Of a stretch of 64,000 nucleotides of DNA, positions 24,430 through 36,900 are shown in pieces. The stretch's first letter is position 1; each line of letters opens with the position of its first letter. The position numbers and the translations under genes were made by a program. Below the pieces are notes generated by a model that worked only from the letters and a program-made list of their open reading frames with translations, was not told the DNA's origin and searched no databases. The DNA lies in assembly GCF_016433145.1 (NCBI RefSeq), contig NC_058132.1:284991187-285055186 (forward strand), written 5' to 3'. Source of the DNA: Gracilinanus agilis. Its lineage: Eukaryota.

Positions 24430-27400
24430 ACTTCTTTCCTTTTTTTTTTTTTTTTGGTTAGATTTATCTAGTTCTGAAGGGGGACTTGAACTTCCTTGCT
24501 ATTATTATTTTATTATTTATTTCGATCTGTATCTCATTTAACTTTTCCTTTAAAAATCTGGATGCTATAACAACAGATAAGGTTAAATATTGATAATATT
24601 TCATCATCCATAGAAGCCCTCCAACATAATATATTACCCAGTTCATCCCTTCCAATCTTTTTCCATTTTATACTCAACTTTGTCAGAGATCATGACTACT
24701 ATCCCAACCTTCTATGAATCAACTAAAGCATAGCATATTCTGCTCCAGTACTTTATCTTCACTCTGTGTGTATCTCTCATTTTCAGTATGTTTCTTTTAA
24801 AAGACACTGTCAAATCTTGATTCTTGATTTATCTGTTTCCTTCTCATGGATGAATTCATCCCATTTACACTCAATGTTCTACTTATTATTTGTATATTTC
24901 TATCTATTCTAGTCCTTTTCATTATTTGTTTCTGTCTTCCTTTCTTTCCTCCATATGCCTCCTCAAATGTCCAATTCCTTTTGACTAATATCTCTCCAAT
25001 TCACACCCCTTCCCCAAATACTTCCATATCTTCTCTCCTTGACCTCCCAGTTCCAAAATGACCCATCCTTCCAAAGGTCATTGCCTTATCCCCTAATGTT
25101 TATCTTTTAATTCTTATTTTATCCACTTTTTCAAAATCCCTTCCTTATCCCCCATACCATGTACTCCTCTTCTTGATTCCCTCATCCCCTCACATTACCT
25201 TCCCACCTCTTGATATGTACTTCTTTCTAGGTATCCCTCCCTTTTCTCTTCCTTTTCTTATCCCCATGTCCTCCTTTCTCTTAATTACCCCCTATCCCTC
25301 TCTTATCCCATCTCTCTTCCCTTCTGTTTCTCTATATATTAAGAAAAAATTTAACCTTCTAATTTTGTATGCTGTTCTCTCTTTATCTCAAATCTGATAA
25401 GAGTAGGCTTCTAATACTGTCAGCCTTCCACCCCCTCTTTCCCTTCTCTCTGGCAATTCCGCCCATTCTTCCTCCATATAAGATAGTCATCACACCCTAC
25501 CTCCTCCTGGTCTAAAACACTACCATTTTAGTTCATTCCATTACATTTACCATGACCTCAAGCCTTGCCTCCATTTAAGCCCCTTCCAAAAAACCATGAT
25601 GCCATTCCACAAGGCCATAGATGATATTTTCCTATACAGGAATCAAGCAATTTGACCTTTCTACCAGGATTAGTTGAAAACCATTTAATTAGTTTAATGT
25701 CCAATTTTTCCTCTTTTATAATTATACTCATCTTTGCTGCATATGTTATTCCTGTTTGTAAGACCTGTTTCTCTGCTCTACAAAATGTTATGTTCCATGT
25801 CCTGCATTCTTTTGGTATTGAGGCTGCTAAGTCTTGTGCTGATCTTACTGTAGCTTTACAGTATTTCATTTTATTCCCTTATTGATTGTAGTATTTTCTC
25901 CTTAACTTAGGAGCTATAGAACTTAGCAATTATGTTCTTGTACATTTTCATCTTTGGGTCTCTTTAGGGTGGTGTTAGGTGGATTTTTTCCATTTCTATT
26001 TTATCTCTGATTCTTGAATTTCTGAGAAGCTTTCCTTGGTGTCTAAACTCTTCTTTTGGTTGTAACTTTCCAGGAGTACAACTATTTTTATATTGTTTGT
26101 TCTTAACGTTTTTAAGGTCAGTTGTTTTCAGGATAAAATGTTCCATAATCTCCTTTGTTACTTCATTGTTTTGCTTTTCCTTTATTCTTTCTTATTGTCT
26201 TCAGAAATTATTAGCTTATCCTTGTACAATTCTACTTCTTAATATGATATTTTTCATAAATTTCTGGATCTCTTTTTCCATTTGGAAGATTTTTTTCATG
26301 ATTTTCTTTATTTTCTTGCATTGCTCTTATTTTTTCCTAATTTTTCCTTATCTTTCATTTAGTTTTTAAGATTTTTTAAAGTTCTTCCAAAAGCTCTTAT
26401 TGAGTATGTGGCCACTTGTATTTCTTTACTGTTTTTGAAATAGATGTTTTTAGTTAACTACTTAAATTCTGAGTTTGAGCTGTGGTCTTCTTAGACTCGC
26501 TAATAGCTATCAATAGTTAGTTTCTTTTTCCTTTGCTTGATCATTTATTTAGTTCCAGGTCAATATATTTAATCACTTACTTTTAGTGGACTCGCAGTGT
26601 TCTTATTGTGTTAGGGTATGTTATCTTATGTTTCAGGATTTTCTTTTGTTTGTTTTCACCTGGGTTCTATTTAGTTTTTCCAGTTTTTTATAGTCCAGCT
26701 TCTGATGTAAGTCCAAGTCCTCTACTTAGCCCCAGGCCATGATTGATCTCAGGTGTTCTGACCAAAGCCAGCAGGCAGTTCTGCCACTGCTACTGCAAGC
26801 AGTCAGTCTACCTCTTGCTGTGGCAACAGTCAAGGACATCACTCTTCTGGGAGTGACCTGAGCTGATGTGGCCCCAGGCCCTAAGTAACCACAATCACCA
26901 GTGTGAGCTGCTTCCTCACTCTTCCTCTCCTACATCAGCAACCTGGGACACAGAAGGTGTCCAGTCCACATTCTGTGGGCCTCCAAAGTCCCTTGTTCAC
27001 TAAAAGTGATGCCTGAATTTCTCTTCTGAGGCCCTATTACCCACAGACCCTGTAGTGTCCACTCCTTCAATCCCCCACTGTGGACCAGCAAGGGTCTCCA
27101 GAGAAGAGGCTGCAGCAGACACAGATGCTCCCAAAGCCTTTTGCTTGAGGATTCTTCAGAGATGATGGCAAACAATGAGACTGCTAATCCTGTTCCCAGG
27201 GGCTACCTTATAGATTCTACTCTGTTTACTCTGCTCCTGCCCCCATGGCCTACGTTAGAGTGAATGAGGTTGGGGAAGTCAGAAACTTTCTTCCCTTTCC
27301 CTAGTTTTCCCAGAATTCTGAATGGTTTTTTTGTTTTTGTTTTTGTTTTTGGCTGCTTTAAGCTTTGCTTGGGTAATTTTTTTTTGTTGTTTATAGTGGT

Positions 27401-27430
27401 TATTAGGAGAGAGAAAACTTTACTCACCAC
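24430..27430 (-). mobile_element. Older L1 5' half (5'UTR, ORF1, inter-ORF spacer, start of endonuclease)
   Basis: ORF 25558-25869 VRSAQDLAASIPKECRTWNITF..QTGITYAAKMSII matches the ORF1p RRM/CTD; ~24880-24830 minus encodes TLSVNGMNSSMRRKQ (ORF2 start). Confidence 0.85.
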
Positions 27431-27811
27431 TCTGATATTTTCCCATAACTAAAAAATCAAAGACTTAAAAAAAATGATGTTTATTCTAAAAGGATGGCAT
27501 TCGATACTGACAATACAAGTAGGAGAGACACTTAACATTTTATGTTGAGGTCTAATTTTTCAAACAGAATCACCCACTTTTAGTAACCCTAGTCTTCCCC
27601 TGACTGTAGCTCTAGATAGAAGATTTTTGACTTATGGATATTTCTCTACTACCATTTCTTCTCCCAGTCCCATTGCCCAAAATTTAGCCAAAACTAGGGC
27701 AAATAAAAAAAATAATAATGACATTCATTCACACCAATCATATTCCTCTTTGTTTCTGTGATTTTCTTATGTTAGACTTTATATGAACAACTAGCCTTAA
27801 AACTTATTTCC

Positions 27812-27955
27812 GCAGGAGGTCCTAGGTTCAAATCTGGCCTCAGACACTTCCCAGCTGTGTGACCCTGGGCAAGTCACTTGACCCCCATTGCCTACCCTTA
27901 CCAATCTTCTACCTATAAGTCAATACACAGAAGTTAAGGGTTTAAAATAAAAAAA
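27812..27955 (+). mobile_element. Young 5'-truncated SINE1-like copy
   Basis: About 5 mismatches over ~140 bp versus the 14446 copy; lacks the A-box; perfect 13-bp TSD AAAACTTATTTCC at 27799-27811 and 27956-27968. Confidence 0.95.
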
Positions 27956-29333
27956 AAAACTTATTTCCCTTAGAATGCCTTTCAATAAGTCCCTTGAAGT
28001 TTCCCCAAAAACATTTAAAAAAGAGAAATTAGCGAAGTATCAAAAATCTGAGATCAACTATTTACTGTGACTGTATATTTCCATGGTGAATGTACATTGT
28101 GTCTATAACACTTTTATACTATAGCTAATGCTACACCAACAATACAAAACTGCAAATTGAATGTGAACAAAATTAAATGTAAAAGAAAAAAAAAAGAACT
28201 GCATATGAATGATAATGATGTCGGTTTTTATTTCATTTGTACTTTTGGTTTATCTGATTTAGGAAATCCTTGAGGTAGAAAGACATTATCAGAAATTCTT
28301 CTCTCTTAGAGGGTTGCTAAAAAAACTGAAAGGTTACATGATTTATCCACTGACACAGAGTTAATACGTGTCAGAGACAAGAATTGAATTCAGGTCTTAC
28401 TGACTCTAATGATCCTCTTAGCCATTATGCCATGGTTCTTTCAATGAAAAAAAAATATAGTATGGAAAACAATAAACAATATTTTAACTATATCTTTTAA
28501 AAAACTTAACCCTCTCTACCTCCCATCTTTATTCTCTGGTTCTTCAATATGAAGATGTAGGAAATTATTTTTTAATTTCCATTTATTCATATTTCTGGAT
28601 TTTTAAATTTTCCTTCTCTGCCATCTGAACAATATTTGATGTGGTATTTGGTTAAATTCCTAGTTGGGGTTCTGATCCCCAAAGACATTGGGTCTAAGTT
28701 CTCTTAGCAAGGTATTATTTCAATGCCTTAAAGCTTTAGGAGGCAGCTGATATTTTACTTACCCATGACACCCCAGCAATGACACCTTTGTCTCCAAAAA
28801 GTCATGAAGCAGACAACATCTGAAAGTAGAAGGTGGAGCAAGTGAGATGGCCAGAACTGCCAACAGACTGCAGGGTATCTTGCAAGGAAGAGACAAAAGG
28901 AGAGCATCTTGGTGATTCCCTGGGGTGGTGGAAAAAGGGCACTTTTCAAAACCAATCCTATCTTTAAAAAGGTCTGGGCTGTGCTTAGTGTTTGGGCTGA
29001 GATACAAAACGATTTCTCTATTTTCCCAAATAGTTCACCCCTCCCTAATTATAGCTCTCAGATGAATGTTTTGTTACCACCAGAAAGCAGGCAAGGCAGG
29101 AAGGAAATAATCAGGCATTTTCACTTAGAACATTGAATTTTAATACAGTTCTTTCCCTTTGCTAACAGACTTTTCAATTTCACTCCTTCCACATTTTAAG
29201 TGTGATCAATTTTACCTTTCAAGATATTATTCCTCATCCATAAAATTATACAAAAATTGCCATAAACAAGCTGGCTAAGAAGGAACAATTGCTGTACATT
29301 TTTAAAGAAGAACCTTAATGTTTATAAAAAATA

Positions 29334-29545
29334 NNNNNNNNNNNNNNNNNNNNNNNNNNNNNNNNNNNNNNNNNNNNNNNNNNNNNNNNNNNNNNNNNNN
29401 NNNNNNNNNNNNNNNNNNNNNNNNNNNNNNNNNNNNNNNNNNNNNNNNNNNNNNNNNNNNNNNNNNNNNNNNNNNNNNNNNNNNNNNNNNNNNNNNNNNN
29501 NNNNNNNNNNNNNNNNNNNNNNNNNNNNNNNNNNNNNNNNNNNNN
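29334..29545. other. Assembly gap (212 N)
   Basis: Run of N. Confidence 1.
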
Positions 29546-29997
29546 GGCTTGCATCCCTTTTCTTGTACAGGTGTGATGATCTTGTTTTCAACTGCATAAT
29601 TGCTATTTAAATAGGTAATAGTTAATTCTTGTGTACTTTAATATTTATTTTTGCTTCTTCAATTCCTTTACCCACTTTGCCACTGCCTAGGCTCGAGGTA
29701 GATTTGTAAAGCTTTTAGTTCACTGCTAGGTGGAGTGATGCCAGATGAAGGTACAGTTCTCTTTTCTTGGGCTTTTACAGTCCATAGACCCCTTTCTGAA
29801 GTATGCCTGGTTAATGAAAATCCAGGAGCCATACACTAGCATGCCAGGTTTCAGTCACATGATTAACTGGTACCTAAGTGAGGGAAAGGTGATTCCCCCA
29901 ATTTGGGAAGATTAAAAAGTTATATTTAACTGTTACTACTGTGTATATATTATGAATATTCAATTGAGCTGCGGCAACTCTATGAGGGTATGTCTGA

Positions 29998-30030
29998 GTG
30001 TGTGTGTGTGTGTGTATGTGTGTGTGTGTG
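29998..30030. repeat. (TG)n microsatellite
   Basis: Directly visible. Confidence 0.95.
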
Positions 30031-30364
30031 CTTCTTGTAAGGCATCAAAATGCATTTGTTTAAGCATGTTTTAGTAAAACATCTTTAAGTCTCAGCTGGA
30101 AATAGGATTTTTACTTCTTGCTAGATTTATCCAATATAAGTTCATTCAAGCAGAATAAGTAATGCAGCCTTCAACAGGGGGTGTTGCATTCACCTTATTT
30201 CCCTGTCTGTTTGCATTGTTCTTCAAGTTTAAAAGCAAAAAGGAAAGAATATTATTGTTGCTATTTGTTGCTAATATTGTTGGTTGTTTTTTTTGTTTGT
30301 TTGTTAAACTAGCAATTGAGTGCTGATAGTAAATGATACACTGAAAGCTTTGGGGAAAGAAATC

Positions 30365-30490
30365 CTTCAGTTGTTTCTTTTCTTTTTCACATTTCCTTCT
30401 TTCTTTCTCCTTCCTTCCCTTTTTTCCTTTCTTTCTCTTTTCTTTCTTTTCCTCTTTCTCCTTCCTTCCTTCTTTTCTTTCTCTCTTTCT
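30365..30490. repeat. CT-rich low-complexity tract
   Basis: TTTC/TTCC repeats; explains the K/E/R-rich ORFs 30146-30523 and 30367-30582. Confidence 0.9.
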
Positions 30491-30649
30491 AGGCCAGTTA
30501 AACCATGCACAGTTAAACCGCATGCATCTTTACATTGTATAATTCGAAATACCATTCTTTTTGAGCTTCTATTTCCATTCAAAGCCTTGATTTTCTAATG
30601 AGTTAGATTCAATGGTAGTGACTGATTTTTTATGAGAACAGCTTAAGAA

Positions 30650-30800
30650 AAGGCTAGATTTGATGGCAAGGTGACCCATTAGTAAAGCACTGGCTCTCAA
30701 GTCAGAGTAACTAGATTCAAATCCCACATCTGATGCTTACTGCAAATCTGAATATAGGCAAGCCTTTCTGGTACTCAGTTCCTTCATCTTTCAGATAAGA
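30650..30800 (+). mobile_element. MIR SINE
   Basis: AAAGCACTGGCTCTCAAGTCAGAG..GATTCAAATCCCACATCTG..CTCAGTTCCTTCATCT. Confidence 0.7.
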
Positions 30801-31467
30801 GTCACACTAATTACTGCAGTAGTTCCTCTCATATCTAGTTTGAAGATGATCATTTAGTACCTTACTTTAGATGCTTTATAAATGCTTTTTGAGCTGGCAG
30901 GAGGTTTGTGACCATGATTATTTTCATGATAAGCAAATGATCATTTGGAAGTTACCAATATAAAAAGTCAGCTTTTGTTGGAGTAGATTTTCTCATCAGG
31001 AAATACTGTTTATGCCCTTCAGATTTTGTCTATATCTGCATCAGTGCCCAAACGAAAAGTGTTTGGTCAGTCATGCAAACGTGTTTACTGAGTTTCGGGA
31101 ATACAGATGTTTCTATGTATCTAGATATGTGGCATCAATTTGTGTAGACAAAGCCTCTGAATGACTACATTTTTCCCCTTCCTTCAGGCTGCGTTGGCAT
31201 CATATAGGCAGAGCTGTTACTTATCTCTGCCATGTATTGTCTCTGCAAAGGATATATCCATCTTGAGACTAATGAGGTAATGTTTGTGTTTTAGTTGTTA
31301 ACTCAAAAAGAAGATAGTTTGATATAATGGGAAAAGCATTGAAGACCAGACTTAGCTCTCTGGCTATGCCACAAACTTACTATAAACTTCAACAGCTCAC
31401 TTCATTTATCTGGATAAAAAACATACACACGCATACCTAAGTTCACAAGAGAAAGCTTGATCTAGAG

Positions 31468-31660
31468 CAGTGATTCCCAAAATGGATGCTACTGCCCCCT
31501 GGTGGGTGTTGCAGCAATCCAGGGAGGTGGTAATGGCCACAGGTGCATTTATCTTTCCTATTAATTGCTATTAAATTTTTTTAAAAATTAATTTCCAGGG
31601 GGCTAAGTAATATTTTTTCTGGAAAGGGGGCGGTAACCCAAAAAAGTTTGGGAACCACTG
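31468..31660 (+). mobile_element. Intact 193-bp hAT (Charlie-group) MITE
   Basis: TIRs CAGTGATTCCCAAA / TTTGGGAACCACTG (13/14 match); 8-bp TSD ATCTAGAG (31460-31467) / GTCTAGAG (31661-31668) fits the NTCTAGAN target. Confidence 0.93.
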
Positions 31661-32409
31661 GTCTAGAGGATAGAGAATCAGCCTTTGCATCAAGAACATA
31701 TTGATTCAAGTCTGCCTCTGATACATTATTTTCTGTATGATACTGGGCATGTCATTATACTTCAAGAAAATCTCTAAAGGTTATAAATGACCTGCTGATT
31801 TGAATTGCGGAAGGGAGTTTGCTTATTGGCAACTTCCTACATTGATTAAACCAAAGATCACTTTTCTGGATCCAGGATGTCATTGGTGGTAGATAAAATT
31901 TCCAAGAATGAAACTTTCTCTAACAGTGCAAATCAGAAGTGTTTCATCATTGAAAGACTTACAGGTTCCTGGACCTGGAGTAACAGGTTATAGTACCATT
32001 TGCCCAGGAACACAAAGTAAATCAGTGATGGAACTTTGAATTCAAAGCTTCTTTACCCTGAGATTAATTCTCTCTTCACTAGGTCAGGTTGTATAGGGAT
32101 CATGCCTGTCTACACACACACACACAACACACACACACACACAAAACATACACATATCTCTTTGCATGTGCATATATGTAAATAAAATGTTGCTTTCAAT
32201 GTGTGTACATCTGCATAATTCTATCTATTTAATACCCCAAACAGACTAAAACAATGGGAAAAATTGTGGTGATTCAATTCTCTTATGTATAACATAAGCA
32301 TGTTAGAATAGATAATTTCCAAAGGTCTTTATAATTCCAAAAACTATAATGCTAAGGGTTTGGCTACTTTTAAATAAAATAGTAGATTTTCAGGGACAGC
32401 AGATTAAGC

Positions 32410-32690
32410 TACAATACTTTGTGGTGGTGGTTGTGGATGTTGTTGTTCAGTTTATCTATGATGTTCATTCATGTATGATATTTTGTTACCCCATGGGTCA
32501 TACTGTTCAAGGAATTTTCTTGGCAGAGAAACTAGATTGGTTTTTGATTTCCTTCTACAGTGGATTAAGCAAAGATTATGTGACTTGCCCAGGGTCACAC
32601 AGACAGCAGGTGTCTGAAGGCAAATTTGAACTTTGGTCTTCCTTACTCCATGCCCAGTATTCTATTCACTGAGCCACCCAGCTAATTTCT
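32410..32690 (-). mobile_element. Mar1-related marsupial CORE SINE
   Basis: TTTTCTTGGCAGAGAAACTAGATTGG tail plus GTGACTTGCCCAGGGTCACACAG..GCAAATTTGAACT core, ending CACTGAGCCACCCAGCT. Confidence 0.8.
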
Positions 32691-32904
32691 ATCTTTTCCC
32701 AGGATTTTAAAAAATATCATAATTAATAGTCATAACATGACTTTTGAGGTATTATTCTTATTCAGTATGTGTGGCAATAATAAATCACCCATTTCATCAA
32801 CCAAGTTTCTTGGTTTTCACTCACATTCTACTGCTTAGTAACAAGATATCCATTTCCCATGTTTATGTTGGGTGGTATAAATACAGGGGTCATATATGAA
32901 TATT

Positions 32905-33330
32905 CACGGAGGTAATACAGTGTCAAGAGCTGACTTAGAAATCTAATGGATCTGAATTCAAGTACTAAAGCTGTGTGACCCTAGAAAAGTGTCTTAATTT
33001 CTCAGTGTTCTAGTCTAGACAATTATCTAGGATGATAAATTATGGAGAAAACTCCAAGCTAAATTCAAGGAAGGAGTTTCCTTACCATAGTATCATAGAT
33101 CTAAAACCTGGAGAAAGAGTTGGACTGGAGTCAAGGAAACATTTGTCTAAATCATTTACTAGCTGTGTAACTCTAGGCAAATAACTCAACCCTGCCTGCT
33201 TTTAGTTTCTTCATCAGGAAAATGGGAATAATATTAGCACCTACCTCCCAGGGTTGCTGTGAAGATCAAACGAGAGAATATTTGACAAAGCATTGCTAAA
33301 CCTTAAAAATAATACATAAATGCTAACTTG
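32905..33330 (+). mobile_element. Two tandem CORE/MIR SINEs
   Basis: AGCTGTGTGACCCTAG core and TTGGACTGGAGTCAAGG..CTACCTCCCAGGGTTGCTGTGAAGATCAAA MIR tail. Confidence 0.75.
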
Positions 33331-34249
33331 CTATTATCCCTATCTTCTGTGTCCACTAAGCTAAGTACTGGCAGCCAACTATAGATGAAATTAAATGAAA
33401 ACTTTATATTTAAGCATAGTTATCATTTCAAAAACAATGGGAAAATTCATTTCCACATACCACTGCACTTTTTTCTTCCAGCTGAGAGTCAAAATACTTA
33501 AACAGCATGAATACAGCTCAAAGTAAGCAAAAGTCTATTCTGGAAAGATTCCAGCCCCTACCTACCAAAGGCAGGAAGGATAAGAACTTGCTATGAAAAA
33601 CCACACTTTAAAGCTTCTTCTGAACATAGTACCATATTTGAGGACTCTAGTTCGGGGTCAAGAGTTACAATATTGCACTCCCAGGAGTAACAGGGAGGAG
33701 AGAATTGTCCAAACTGCCTCCTCCAGAGTTTAATATTATTATTCCACCATACTGTCTATGAGCAATAATAGCTCAAAGATAGTTTAGGCATTTAGCATGA
33801 GGAAGCTTTTCCACATAAATCTGTCCTGCAGTCCTGCAGAAACAAATTTAGCCTTGTGAGTACGAGCATGAGAATATAACAGTTCAAGTCCATTTGCTTA
33901 TTTTTTCCTGCAAAAAATGTAAATGCCTACCTTTATCTGCTATAATATGTATTCTCTAAATAGAAATTTCAAGTTACATAAAATTTCACTATCTACTTAT
34001 GATTGGAAAAGAAAAGGTAAAGGAAAATACAGCTAAAATAAACACGTTACTGAAGATTCAATTGAGTCAATCTTCTACAATAAGAATGCCAAAGTTAATT
34101 ACCCTTTTCAAGGGAAGCTGATTGTTAACAGCTGACCATTTACTGGTATTAAAATGGATTATTAATATTCCACAAACAATTGGTTAGAGCTTCATAAGAG
34201 CAATATAGCATAAAGTAGATTACTATTCTGTATATTTAGGAATAAGAAC

Positions 34250-34620
34250 ATTATGAATATCCTAGCTAAGACAAAAAATTATATAGTATCTGTATATAAA
34301 TACTCATCTGTATAAAAGCAAAGACATATACATATATAAATAGAAGTATATATAAACACAAACATACTCTTCAGACTCGAGGAGAGAAGGATAAATAGAT
34401 GGATCAATATCTCTCTCTATATATATATTTCAATTGAGAGATAGATAGAAATAGCTATGTAGTTATATATAAATATAGATATAGAGAGCTATATATAATA
34501 CATTTAGGTCTACCTATATAAACAAACATATATACACAAATTTATGAATCCATAGCTTATACATATATATGTACATATATACTCAAATTAACAGTCTCCA
34601 AATATTTATAATAGGGAAAA
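34250..34620. repeat. AT-rich (TA/TAGA) low-complexity tract
   Basis: Degenerate TATA/ATAG repeats. Confidence 0.75.
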
Positions 34621-35486
34621 TATATTTATGTTTCAGAATATATGAACTTGATTATTCTCTTGGCACCTAAAGATTCTATAGGTTCTTGGGGTCATCAACA
34701 TGAATATAATGTCCTAGTCCAATAGAGAAGTACAGAAATGCTGATTGAGAAATTTATTACCTTAAAAAAAGTGTTAAGCCAGTATTCACCGTATTTATAT
34801 TTCTATTCACAAAAACAGCCTAATTATTTTTGAGAAGCCTTCTGCTCAAAAATTCCTTTCAAAAGCAATCACTAATCTAAAGGACATCAGAAGTATTCAC
34901 ATGTCATTTTTTAATACTTGGACCTTTGGCTCAAAATGTCTGATAAATCAGAAAGATAGAAGTAATGTACCTGTGAAATAAGCGACACAGCAGCGTTTTA
35001 TGAAAAGAAGTCAAATTAAATAGAATAAGTAAGTTAAAGTCTCAAGCTGAGAGGCAAAAGTGATGAATTTATAGCCAGTGCTGGAGTCAAGAGAGGTGGA
35101 TTTCAAGTCCTAGTTTTGGTATATTCTCGGTGTGTTCAAAGAGAGAAATTTTAGTATCCTAGGCAACAATCCAAGTCCATAAGTTTCAAATGAGTTGTCA
35201 TTTTGTATCAGTAGAAAAAGTTTCTGTCCTGGGAACACCCTAATTCCAGTAAAGTAAAAGGTCTAGACTCTAGACCAAAGGATAAGGAGGATACAGACAA
35301 TTAAAGAAATAAAGAAATATCTTCAGATATATTCAATAGCCAAATTAAAGAAAACTAAATTGATATCTTAAATATCTCAATCACGGGGGGGGGGGGGGGA
35401 AATAACTAGCTGTAAAGGAAAATACCAAAGCTGCAGGAAAATCCTAGTCCATAAGAATTCCTTCAACCTTTTAAAGAAGTAGTCCT

Positions 35487-35709
35487 GGGGGTACCTAGGG
35501 GGCACCTGGGGGGCTCAGTGGATTGATAGTCAGACCCAGAGACCAGAGGTCCTGGGTTCTAATCTGACCTCAGAAACTTTCTAGCTGTGTGACCCTAGGC
35601 AAGTCACTTCACCTCCATTGCCTAGCCCTTACCATTCTGCCTTAGAACCAATACCCAGTACTGAATCTAAGACAGAAGGTAAGGGTTTCAAAAAAGTAAA
35701 AATAAAAAA
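35487..35709 (+). mobile_element. Older SINE1-like copy (long-tail subfamily)
   Basis: GCTCAGTGG A-box, GGTTCTAATC B-box, tail CCAATACCCAGTACTGAATCTAAGACAGAAGGTAAGGGTTT; TSD TAAAGAAGTAGT at 35472-35483 and 35710-35721. Confidence 0.92.
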
Positions 35710-36197
35710 TAAAGAAGTAGTTCCAATACTATACAAACTATTCTCAATAGCTGAGAAATAAAGTGACCTTGTTTGAAATTATTATATTTATGTAATAAAC
35801 ATAGCTAACTTAATAGCTAAACCAAGAAAGGATAGCTAAGACAAGAATTATAGAGTAAGATCATTAATGAATATCATTTCAAAAATTTTAAATAAAATTC
35901 TGTCAAATAGACTATAGGGATTCATCCAAGAAATCAGTAATCCAAAGCAAGTTGGATTTATATCTGGGAGTTAAGGATGAGTTAACATTAGTAAAACAAT
36001 CAACAGACTTAATCATGTTAAAAGAATGAATTACATATTATTATTACATTATTTGGTCATCATTGTCCTGACTTTGGAAGTTCTATTTTATCCCAAATAT
36101 TTAAATCATTCACATAAAAAGATGGCATAAACACTTTAGAATTTATTTTCCCATTTGAAAATGGGTAAGAATCATTTATTTTAAAAACAACATTACC

Positions 36198-36300
36198 GCT
36201 TTAAGTCACTTAACTCTCATTGTCTCTAACCCTTCCCATTCTTTTGCTTTGGAACCAATACATGGCATTGATTCTAATATGGAAGGTCAGGGTTTTTTTA
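36198..36300 (+). mobile_element. 3' half of a SINE1-like element
   Basis: AAGTCACTTAACTCTCATTG..GGAACCAATACATGGCATTGATTCTAATATGGAAGGTCAGGGTTT, homologous to the 35487 tail. Confidence 0.8.
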
Positions 36301-36579
36301 AATAAATATATGAATAAAATAAAAACAAAACTACAACTTTAATACTACTTAATCAGTCCATAAGCACACAAAAGGATGAATGATGTGAGGCTTCAGTGTT
36401 GTATTGAAAGGAGAGTATGGATGAGGCTGCCTTTCCCCCCCTCATATACATTCAATCATACCATGAATTGTTTTCTTTAGAAACTATAAAATTTGACATA
36501 TTTTCTACCTGCTTACCTAGAGATTTGAAGCACTGAAGTACTTGGTTATGAAGGTTAAAATGTTCATAATATATATTTA

Positions 36580-36900
36580 GCTACTAGTCAAATTGTAGGA
36601 AATAGAGAGAGGTCTTCTAGGTATGGCTGTGGAAAGGTACAGAAAGAGATTATCAGCTTTCATTTTTTATTAGTCAAGGTAGTTAATTAAGGAAAAGATG
36701 TTAGAAAAAGTGTGATTAGGAAGAAAATCCAAACAGGGAAAATTTAAGGGAAAAAGTAAACCACTTACATTTTCGGTCACTGGGAGGGGTCAAGATATTG
36801 GAAAAGGCTGAAGACCAAGCAACTAAAATCATTTCTATGGGAGTCTAGAAACATGAGGAACATTACATACAGGAGAGATCATAGCTAGTTAAACAGAACT
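36580..36900 (-). mobile_element. L2 LINE fragment (ancient)
   Basis: Purine-rich antisense L2 pattern (GGGAGGGGTCAAGATATTGG, GGAGTCTAGAAACATGAGG). Confidence 0.5.

Noticed and set aside
30146-30582. K/E/R-rich ORFs
   Set aside because: Translation of a CT-rich low-complexity tract.
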